A stretch of 63,990 nucleotides of DNA, the filler included, from Catajapyx aquilonaris (Eukaryota), in the NCBI GenBank assembly GCA_000934665.2. It is 3 parts of 3 records of this genome, joined end to end, with 100 filler letters (N's around TTAATTAATTAA, not from the genome) between each part and the next. Parts side by side here need not be neighbours in the genome. Positions count along the whole stretch, not along the records: positions 42,835 to 63,990 come from KZ539480.1; 2 more parts are not named here. One strand, 5' to 3'. Shown piece by piece: positions 54,840-63,990 of the stretch (position 1 is its first letter; every line of letters begins with the position of its first letter). The notes under the pieces are model-generated. The model searched no databases. It was not told the DNA's origin and was given only the letters and a program-made list of their open reading frames with translations. The position numbers were made by a program, and so were the translations under genes.

Positions 54840-55617
54840 GTCTTCAATAAGACTGACAATCACTGTAACCAACAGGATGAATATCCATCATCCTTTCTCT
54901 ACATAAATGGAATGTTTTATGGTGATCACCGTAATATCAATGCTTGGAAATTGGAGGAACCTCTATGCATTGCAAAATGTGATGGACGTAACAGCAGTGT
55001 TCCATTTCGAAAGGCCAAGATGGAGGAAACCTGCTTCAAAGACCTGATTTGCTTTCTTGGCTTCCCTTATAATTACGCCGGTCCATCTAAATTGGACTTG
55101 CAATCACAAGTTTGAGATCGTAGATGTTCGGTAAGTACGTAATGTTCACAAACCAAGAATGCACTCTGCTTATGGACTCATGTTCAGGTTGATGCATCCC
55201 AGTGACAGCCCCAAGATATCCAGCTATCCGGTAATCCTGCACAGGCGTCAGGAGATGGCCGTGTACTGCCACATGTGCACTGGCAGTATAAGGTGGCAAC
55301 TTGGGAAGTCTGTGACCTGGAATTTACTAATCTTATACGATTAGTAAATTCCAGGTCACAGACTTCCCAATCGTGGCATAACCGTGAACAACTATAGTTG
55401 TTCACGGTTATGCCACGATTGCTTTTTGAGTTTGTGTTACGCAGTGGATGGAGAAAAGGTCTCAAACTTCAAAGCGTTCCCATTCATTCAAACAGCACTA
55501 GATCAATTCTGTCACAATGGAACTGATTTGGTGCAAAGATGGAAGAGTCTTGATATTACTATTACTATTACTATTACTATTACTATTACTATATTACTAG
55601 CCCACATCGTGGAGTAG
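54840..55617 (+). pseudogene. SNAPC3: SNAPC3/SNAP50-like (snRNA-activating complex subunit 3) C-terminal domain pseudogene
   Basis: SSFLYINGMFYGDHR...FRKAKMEETCFKDLICFLGFPYNY/VHLNWTCNHKFEIVDVR|LMHPSD..YPVIL..CHMC..RW...CHDCFLSLCYAVDGEKVSNFKAFPF aligns motif by motif with SNAP50. 57-nt GT-AG intron at 55131-55187, frameshift at ~55077-80, palindromic insertion within 55301-55421. Confidence 0.85.
55301..55421. repeat. Two overlapping long palindromes
   Basis: 55301-55370 has 32-bp perfect arms around TTATAC. 55368-55421 is a perfect 54-bp palindrome centred on TATA. They share CAA (55368-70). Confidence 0.97.
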
Positions 55618-55796
55618 AAAACCAGAAGCAGCCACGTGTTATGGGCATTTTCTGAACCATTCGCATTTCGGCATTTTTGTTAAGTCAAAAACGCTATGTA
55701 CGCTTTGAAAACGATCCTGTGGGGGGGGGGGGGGGGNNNNNNNNNNNNNNNNNNNNNNCCCCCAATAGAAATACGTTCCGCCGCCGCGCCGTTGGG

Positions 55797-55990
55797 AAAG
55801 ACCATCTGTGCATAACACCCACAAGCATCTGCTTTGTTGTAATTATCTTTATACGGAAAGAGTGTATGAAGACATATGATTAGAAATGTAGGCCTACTGT
55901 ACATCTCATGTAAGATGTGAAATTGTCCATAAAGTCCGTTATGCTCATCTTGACTTATTTACTCCCTTTGTCCAACGTGAATGTCACTCA
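55797..55990 (+). repeat. Orphan copy of the zinc-finger gene 3' region
   Basis: Colinear with 59592-59765 (AAAGACCATCTG..ATCTGCTTTGTTGTAATTAT..TTATTTACTCCCT..AATGTCACTC). Confidence 0.85.
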
Positions 55991-56456
55991 GCGTCATGAT
56001 GGGGTACAGACTTCGCGGTGAGATGCATGCACAGGAGGTGTCAGATAACTAGATTTCCTTTCTAGAATCCTTCCAAAAAAATTGTAGTTTTTACTGGATC
56101 TCTTGACGTCCTCTTTGCAATCAGGGGCCTGAGATTTAAGAAAGAGCCAAGTCTACTATGACAAACTGGTCGTAAAATGAGCCAAAACTGCTGATTACTT
56201 AACTTTCACTGGTACAATCTTGAATATTTTTACGTCCATATATTGCTGCAGTTCAGCGATGATACATAGGGAAATGTGCATTTAATTCCCAAGGACATTA
56301 AAGTACGAAATAGCTGCTGATTGAAAGATTGAACTGGTGATTGATTAAGTTCATAGTTAGACTAAGCCCACAGGTGCTCCTTCCTCGCACCCCCAGGTTA
56401 TGAACCGCGCTGCAGTAATAAGTAGTATATAATTATTATGTAGTGTAATATTAATA

Positions 56457-56724
56457 GCGGATATCGCGCAGTAGCAGTGCTAATAGCAGCGACCGCTGAG
56501 GTATCAATAGCGCTTAGACGCATCCTTTTCTCTTAGGTGGCGACCTCAAAAGAAAAAAAAAAAGAAACAAAAAACCGTTGAATCTTGAATGACTTCAATC
56601 AAAGATGGCCGACCATGTCTAGCTAGCTGTCACCACAGAGATACTACGATTTCTGTGAGCTGTCACGAAGACGCGAGAGGAGTCCTGCGAATTTAAGATC
56701 TGACCATTTCAACGTGGATTCAAG
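56457..56724 (+). promoter_or_regulatory. Putative promoter and non-coding first exon of zinc-finger gene 1
   Basis: CpG-rich and conserved with 59861-60079. YY1/Pho-type AAGATGGCC at 56602-10; donor CAAG|GTGGG at 56724/5. Confidence 0.55.
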
Positions 56725-57690
56725 GTGGGCACTTAGGTCGTCGGCGTTAAGAGTACGTTTGTGTCAGTACCATTGATGTCTGCCTTGTGAGTACTGTACC
56801 ACAGGCTAAAGATATTCGTGGCATTGCCAATTATTGTGTAGGATTAACTAGAACTCGTAAGGGTTTCCTGCTGTCCAACCGAGAAGGTTGGAATTCGTAA
56901 GTAAACGTATGCCAGGGTGTAGGCTACTATAAAAGTTTGCAGAAGCAGCACTGCCGAGACACACAGCTCATCAACCCAGATGGCTATGGGATGCGGGTCA
57001 ATGACACTCTGGGCAAGCATTGTGATTTCCAAACCCTGTGATCCTATATGGGCCTGCGGTTCACTCCCTAATAGTGTGAAGTAGTAAGCCCTTTTTGCCC
57101 TAGTATAGTCAATATAGTCAAGCACGTTGATGTTCTCTCTTCATTGGCCAGCTATTCTGCTTACTTATGAGAAGTACTCAGAGAGCAGAATAGTCCAAAC
57201 GTTTTCCAGAAGAAACACTACTAGTCTATGGTAAATGGTGGTATTTTCATTAAACTTGAGCTTACACTATGTACAGTGGCTTATTTAAGACATGTGAAAG
57301 CTCATTTTCACGGTATCTAAGACCATTATCAGATTATTCCTCTTTTCCGAGTATCTGGGCACACCAAAGCATTGATTAGTAGTGATAATCGGGAGTACAG
57401 TGTACATACACACACATTTCCCAATGAGAATAAGTTGGAATAAGTGATATTATGCAAGGGAAAAGTAGACACAAAAATATGCAAATGTGCAAAATCTGCA
57501 CTATTCAAATACTATGCTTCATCAAAATACATCTGGTGTTGTTTCAGCCATTCAAATTATGGCCACAATATGCGATCAACAGAAACAGAACAATGGTAGG
57601 CTGCATATATGGGAGTCTCCTTATTTTGCATGAGAAATAAATGATTCCCTATTTCCCCCTAACATGAGCTGTACATTGTATGACAGGACC

Positions 57691-58194
57691 ATGGCATTGC
57701 CTCTGAGAGTCAAGAAAGAAGAAACGCTTGATGGAGAAGATGAGGAGATCACAGTGGAGGAGAGTTGGAGGCTACTGCTGAAGGAGGAGACCACTTCTTG
57801 CTGTGATGAAGACTCGACTCTCATACAAGACACGCTGCGTGAGATCAAGAAGGAGGAAGCAGAGAAGGAGATGGCTGTGGCCACGTCTATGGAGGACAAA
57901 GAGGAAGATTACCCATTAGGAGTTGTTCCAGCAGAGAAGGAGGAGGAGGAGGAAGTGCAGGAAGGAGAAGAAGATGGAAACATCACAGTGGAGGAGACCT
58001 GGCAATTTCGGTTGAAGGAGGAGACCCCTTCTTGCTTTGATGATGACTCTACTCTCATACAAGACACGCTGCGTGAGATCAAGAAGGAGGAAGCAGCGGA
58101 GGAGGAGGAAGAAGAAGAGAGGGTGGTGGCCATGACCAAGGAGGTAGATGATGCAGATGACCCTTTAGGAGTTGGTTCTGGAAGGACTAGTGGG
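57691..58194 (+). CDS. C2H2 zinc-finger gene 1, acidic N-terminal coding exon
   Basis: tgacag|gaccATG...GGG|gtatgt, 168 codons, phase 0. Two copies of an ITVEE-W-LKEET-DDSTLIQDTLREIKKEE-DPLGV module. Confidence 0.85.
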
Positions 58195-58910
58195 GTATGT
58201 AACCTGCTGAAAATCTGAAGTAAAGTTACAGTAGGATAAGGGGCCCAAATTTCGACACCCTTACGTTGTTTTCCTCTTGTTAGAAAATGGCTGAATGCAG
58301 CAATGTAAGGAAAATGAATATTAATACATAGAACATTCACCTACTATGTCCCGTAATGAAAATTTTGAACAAAATTATAGGAAAAAGCACAAAATTGAAA
58401 AAGTGAAAACACCCATTTTTTCAGTTTCAAAGAAAGTGTTCCTAATTTCAGCCCCTGCGTTTTAATGGGATGCAGGGAGGGAGTATGGGCCACATTTATT
58501 TTACCTTATACCAAACTGCCAACGCTTATACTGTACCTTGTATGAGAGGGGTATTATGTACAGTATTATGTGAACAGTCGGGGACCCAAGTATTTTTGCC
58601 AAGTTTCCCAGGGGTTCACTAGTTGTAAATTCTAAGGTATACAAAAAAAAACTTCTCCAGTATGATCAATCTATATTCAACTGTTTCAAGAACATTCAGA
58701 TGTGAGGGTTGGCAAGGTTCAATGTCCTGCTCATTCCTCCAGCACTGTTATTTTCTCTCATATGATGATCTCAGGCAGAGTTCTACAAATGCTAAAAGAG
58801 GCTTTGCTATAAGGAGTGCCTTCCAAATGACCAAAACACACGTGGAAATATGTACTACATCGACCCTACATAATTGTACAGTAATTGATATGCTGCAATT
58901 CAATTTTCAG

Positions 58911-59510
58911 GAAATGCAAGAGAAAGATCATCAAGTCAGTGTGAAGAAAGCAGTCCTGAAGAAAAAGATTGCTAGAATCTGTGATAGAAGGAAGCCATTT
59001 CAGTGCGTAGTGTGCCAGAAACCATTGACTACAGCACAAAATTTGAAAGTTCACATGTTAATTCATACATGTGAGAAACCATATAGTTGTGAAATATGCC
59101 ATAAGAAGTTTCGTGAATCAAGTAAGGTGAAAAAGCACATGCGAATTCATACAGGCGAGAAACCATTTAGTTGTGAGGTGTGCCATAAGAAGTTTCGTGA
59201 ATCAAGTAAGGTGAAAAGGCACATGCGAATTCATACAGGCGAGAAACCATTTAGTTGTGAGGTGTGCCAGGAAAAATTTAATGAATCAGGTTCGTTGAAA
59301 AGGCACATGCATATTCATACAGGCGCTAAATCATTTCAGTGTGAGGTGTGCCAGAAGACGTTTCGTGATTCAACTGGTTTGAAGAGGCACATGCTAATTC
59401 ATACAGGCGAGAAACCATTTAGTTGTGAGGTGTGCCATAAGAAGTTTCGTGAATCAAGTAAGGTGAAAAATCACATGCGAATTCATACAGGAGAGAGACC
59501 ATGTACATAA
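58911..59510 (+). CDS. C2H2 zinc-finger gene 1, terminal exon with 6 Kruppel-type fingers (367 aa total)
   Basis: ttttcag|GAA in phase 0; six CxxC-x12-HxxxH units with TGEKP-type linkers; TAA at 59508-10. Confidence 0.92.
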   Translation, partial: EMQEKDHQVSVKKAVLKKKIARICDRRKPFQCVVCQKPLTTAQNLKVHMLIHTCEKPYSCEICHKKFRESSKVKKHMRIHTGEKPFSCEVCHKKFRESSKVKRHMRIHTGEKPFSCEVCQEKFNESGSLKRHMHIHTGAKSFQCEVCQKTFRDSTGLKRHMLIHTGEKPFSCEVCHKKFRESSKVKNHMRIHTGERPCT

Positions 59511-59860
59511 TTATGGGAAGACATGCAGGTGAAAGCCCTGTTCAGGTGTAATTTCCTTTCTGAAAGAAATGTGAGATATCAGCTCATTGAAAAGACCATC
59601 TGAGCATACCACCCAGAAGGATCTGCTTTGTTGTAATTATGTTTACAGAAAGAGTGCATGAAGACATGATTAGAAATGTGTATGGACCATGTGAAGTGGT
59701 CAATAAAGTTATGTTATGCTCACATTGGCTTATTTACTCCCTCTGTCCAATATTAATGTCACTCCTAGTGAGGTAACCACCACATTTTCAATATCTGCCC
59801 AATGCCAAGTGACCAGTACAACAGACCTACACCTACTAGACCTGTACAGTAATAATGACT

Positions 59861-60079
59861 AGCGAATATTGCCGAGTAGCAGTGCTAGTAGCCGCGACTG
59901 GCGTGAGCGCTTAATCACATCTTTCTCTCTCAGGTGGCGATGGGAATGCACCTCAAAAGAAAAAGAACAAGAAAACCGTTGAATGAAAGATGGCCGACCA
60001 TGTCTGTCGTGAAGACACGAGGAGGGTCCTGCGGCTTTAATTTCTGACGATTTCAACTGGGATTCAAGCATATGGCAAG
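59861..60079 (+). promoter_or_regulatory. Putative promoter and first exon of zinc-finger paralog 2
   Basis: Paralogous to 56457-56724. AAGATGGCC at 59987-95; donor CAAG|GTGGG; 121-nt intron to the acceptor at 60200. Confidence 0.55.
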
Positions 60080-60204
60080 GTGGGCAATTGGTAGACCTTT
60101 GGATATGTGCAGAAGGACAAGTAGATGCCACATGGGTTACACTCACGTGCTATTTATTGTTAGTGACATGATCGCAAGACCTCCCCTCTTGTGTTTGCAG
60201 GACC

Positions 60205-60474
60205 ATGTCGTTGATCCTGAGGATAAAGAAGGAAGAGACGGAGGAAGAAGAAGGAGAAGAGGACATCACAGTGGATGAGGAGAGTTGGAGGCTGCGGTTG
60301 AAGGAGGAGACCCCTTCTTGCTTTGATGGGGACTCGACTCTCATAGAAGACACTCTCCTCGAGATCAAGAAGGAGGAAGCGGAGGAGGAGGAGGAGGAGA
60401 TGATGATGGCCATATCTGAGGAGGTTGGAGATGAAGATGACCCTTTGGGAGTTGGATCAGGGAGGATTAGTGGG
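60205..60474 (+). CDS. C2H2 zinc-finger paralog 2, acidic N-terminal exon (finger exon not in window)
   Basis: tttgcag|gaccATG...GGG|gtatgt, 90 codons, same boundaries as 57691-58194, single acidic module. Confidence 0.8.
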
Positions 60475-60893
60475 GTATGTAAGCTGCTGAAAATCTGCCA
60501 TAATCTTACAGCATATTTACACCGTGCTGTACCTCCACTGGCTTTATGTCAGTCCACATGTATGCACCAGCTCTGTCCATTTTTTTACATGTAAGAATGA
60601 CCCCTCCACTTGTCAACAATGAGGCATATGTTGCTTTTTGTGCAATATGCATACCAACTTCAGGTCATTTGCTCTACTGGGCAATTCCACGTGAATGTGA
60701 TCACCTTTTGCACAAAAAAATTTGCCCGTCGATGAGTGGGAGATATGTTTTAGTCCTGCTCAAGTTATGACCTTTCCCACAAGGATTTGGTCCGCTCATG
60801 CGTGGTTGCCTATCTACAGGCGCTAATTGCACTTGGATCACAGTTAGAGGCGCCCCCCTATTACATTTACATGACAACGTAAATGCATGATGT

Positions 60894-61035
60894 AATTAGA
60901 TCAAAAACTTTCCCTTCAGTAAAAAAAAGAGAAGTAAGACCTCCGCGGCGGAATGAAAGTACTGAAACAAGGCAGGCGCACGTAAGACCTTCACCAATTG
61001 ATTTAAGCTGTACCATAGGTCTTACTCAAGCAATT
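60894..61035 (-). mobile_element. Short Helentron-associated/DINE-like element (family H1), copy 1
   Basis: 142 bp bounded by AATT at both ends. Subterminal AGTAAGACC/GGTCTTACT plus an internal GTAAGACC repeat. Identical inverted copy at 61517-61658. Confidence 0.7.
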
Positions 61036-61516
61036 TCCAATTCACTGCTCATGAAGTCTCCTTTCTGAAACAAATCTGTGGAGTTTCTGTCGTACTACTA
61101 GTTACTTCTAACTTAGCAGTACCAGTGTAGTGCAATGGTACTACTAAGTTAGCAGTATCTTAGCTCTTGTTGGCAGTATTAGTTTTCCATGAGCCACTCC
61201 ATATCAGTGTTTTATGAAATTAGGAACTTCAATATTAAGCACATTGAATTTCTATGCGATTAGTGAGAATTATTGCCATGAAACATTCATGCAGAATCGG
61301 CGCACCCCTCTTAGATGCTGATTTTAACTCTAACGTTTAATTTTTCACATATAAGCGTTAATTGGTGAATTTTAGAGGGTCTTTTTCGATTGGACCAAGT
61401 CTGTTAGGATGGGTTTAATTTTTCCCCCATATTTTTCTTTTCGTAATAAAATCCTACCTACTGCTCTGAGTAGTTTGCAGCAGTCGTTTTATGAGCCGTT
61501 CCATACCGTACCTGAG

Positions 61517-61658
61517 AATTGCTTGAGTAAGACCTATGGTACAGCTTAAATCAATTGGTGAAGGTCTTACGTGCGCCTGCCTTGTTTCAGTACTTTCATT
61601 CCGCCGCGGAGGTCTTACTTCTCTTTTTTTTACTGAAGGGAAAGTTTTTGATCTAATT
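61517..61658 (+). mobile_element. Family H1 element, copy 2
   Basis: Exact reverse complement of 60894-61035. Confidence 0.7.
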
Positions 61659-62284
61659 TCAGTTCTTTTTTGACAGTACACATAACTTTAAACTTATGCT
61701 CTACAGTGTCTACACTATACAGTCTGCACTATGAATGCATTGGAGACGATTTTCGTCGCTTAGAAGTCCCTAAAATTATTTTCACAGAGACAGTCGTAAA
61801 AAAACGAAAGTTGAGTGCTACCAGCCAACGGTTAGTCTGATTTAATTATTATGAAATAGCCTATACGCTAAAATATATGGAATATATACATTGAGAACTG
61901 TACCGGACGGTACAAAAACGCAAAGGTACATTAAAGTTGGGTGAAAACCCAACGGCGACAGTACGACTCGGCGTCGCTCATCGTGTCCTTCTTTGACCCA
62001 CAACAATATATGAGGTGGTAAACAACAACTGACGTTTCTAGGTGATGGCGTAACGAACAAATGAAGTAATGACAGAAAAAATACGAGGTAAAAAAATCAC
62101 AGCTACAATCCTGCAGCAGGTGGAACTGTGATATTTTGAACATAGATCCGCACCATCCTACTGCATCTTCGGCCCGTTGAAGAAGGAACCGAATTCAGAA
62201 TAGTTATTGAGCAAAAAAATTGATACGTATTTTTTGGTGGTTGTAAATTTTTTGCGGCGTTTTGAAGAGGAATTAAGTAAAAGT

Positions 62285-62486
62285 GTAAATGGTAGGAAAT
62301 CAAGTCACGACGGTGGGGATCTGCGTTCAAAATTTGGAAGCTCTACCTACAGCAGAACTTGAGTTAGGGCGAATAAAAAAAACGTAACAAGAACAACAAG
62401 AACAAGAACAAGAAGTAGGAAAAATTCATTGTTGAAACATTGTTGAAATCTATGCTACGGTCTTACTTAAGGGCTATCGCCCTTAA
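62285..62486 (+). mobile_element. Family H2 element, hairpin end (5' boundary undetermined)
   Basis: Homologous to 21139-21320; (CAAGAA)n, GGTCTTACT, terminal hairpin TTAAGGGC-TATC-GCCCTTAA. Confidence 0.65.
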
Positions 62487-63990
62487 AATACATGTTTCAT
62501 CTGTGAAATTGTCTCCTCTTTCCGACTAAAATAGTCACTTTCCGATAGCTGTGCAAATTCATGTCACAAAGGGACATTTTTGCAAACAAAATAATGACAT
62601 TTTCAAAAAAGAGCCAAAGTCAAATGTCATCACATTGATATCAAAATACACCTCACAGTGTCCTCTATCAGTGTTACAAACGGAATTTTGGAATACGAAA
62701 TGGTTACGGAGCTATAGGTACTGACGTGGAGCGCTGCGCTAGTGGCCACGCCTGCAGAATGAACAGAAGCGGCCCACCTAGGTCCGTCTTCATGTCTCAG
62801 GTAGTGTACGCTTGTCCTTTGTGTTTAATTCACTTAATAATATAGTTCCAAAAAAATTTACCATAGAATAGTAGGAATAAATGAAAATTCCCTTGCCATG
62901 TTCAACAAAGTTTCAATTTTCACAGGTCTCAAGCGTGTGTTAAAATATGCTTGATTATTTAGAATAGAGAAACATGTAGCCTACTTTTTATTTTTATATT
63001 CATTCCTCTATTCGTTCCTAATCACAGTCCAAATGAATGTTCACTGTTGAGACCTGTATGGAATTCCTTGTGGCTCCATACGGGCCCCTTGCTTCCACTA
63101 TAATGGAATATATTGCACTCCTGTACCCCTCCACGTCAGTGATTAAAGCTCCGTAACCCTTGTGTATGCCAGAATTCCGTTTGTATGGCTGATAGAGGAC
63201 ACTATGAGGAATTTTTTGAAATGTGATGACTGATGGCATTTAACTTAGGCTCTCGTATCGAAAATTCCACTTGCTTGCAAAATTCTCGCTTTTTGCCATG
63301 AATTTGCACATCTGTCAGGAAGTTAGCATTTTTGTCGAAAAGAGGAGACAATTTCACACATGAAACTTGTATCACATTAAGCATTTACATTGTCATGTAA
63401 ATGTGATCAAAGTACAATTTATGCCTGTAGAGAGGCAACCATGCATCAGCGGACCAAATCCTTATGCGAAAGGTTCTAACATGGACCTAAACATATCTCC
63501 TCACACTTTGACACTCATCGACGGTCAAATTTTTTCGTGCAAAAGGTGATCACGTCCACGTGGAATTACCCAGTAGCGGACCAAATTTATTTGGAACTAT
63601 ATTTCTATATTATTCTATATTATTCTATATTAAAACTATAACTACATTAACTATATTATTAAGTGACTTAAACACAAAGGACAAGCGTACACTACCTGAG
63701 ACATGAAGACGGATCTAGGTGGGTCGCTCCTTTTCATTCTGCGGGCGTGGCCTCTAGCGCAGCGCTCCACGTCAGTACCTATAGCTCTGTAACCATTTCG
63801 TATTCCAAAATTCCGTTTGTATCACTGATACAGGACACTGTGAGGTGTATTTTGATATCAATATCACAAAAACTAATTCCCTACGGAATTGTAAAAAAAA
63901 AAGGAAAGTAAGATCCAAGTAACGGATAGAAATTACTGAAACAAGACTGGGCTGCGTAAGATCTTCAACCTTATGGATAAATGTAACCCA

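Larger units (their letters stand above)
60660..63862. mobile_element. Nested foldback complex
   Basis: Old arms: 60660-60893 plus 62489-62735 pair with 63130-63595. Younger arms: 62634-62860 pair with 63580-63862, with ATCAC on both outer flanks. Confidence 0.75.

Noticed and set aside
59508..59510. Genome-wide UAA reassignment
   Set aside because: The zinc-finger ORF ends in TAA with no intact finger after it, and Tyr is encoded by TAT/TAC elsewhere in these genes. Any Tudor readthrough would be site-specific.
57621..60413. Ser-rich minus-strand ORFs
   Set aside because: Antisense shadows of the Glu-rich exons.

Overview
Repeat-rich, intron-containing animal genomic DNA, most likely arthropod. 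It consists of three contigs joined by artificial N44-TTAATTAATTAA-N44 linkers (21321-21420, 42735-42834). 1-42.7 kb: mostly non-coding, with two minus-strand coding exons of a LYPD6-like Ly6/uPAR gene (signal-peptide exon 10173-10338; first LU-domain exon 5167-5247), plus MITEs, a deleted mariner, tRNA-derived SINEs and Helentron-associated (HINE/DINE-like) elements. 42.8-64 kb: (1) a 3-exon, 4-Tudor-domain gene (46714-49192) whose only two in-frame stops are both TAA, each at the Tyr of a Tudor D-Y-G motif; (2) an intron-containing SNAPC3/SNAP50-like pseudogene interrupted by two back-to-back palindromes; (3) a tandem array of acidic-leader C2H2 zinc-finger genes (one complete, one partial, one implied); (4) many SINEs, MITEs and foldback elements. 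The Tudor double-UAA is the best candidate for new biology (site-specific readthrough versus pseudogene). All calls come from reading the sequence by eye; no database searches were run.
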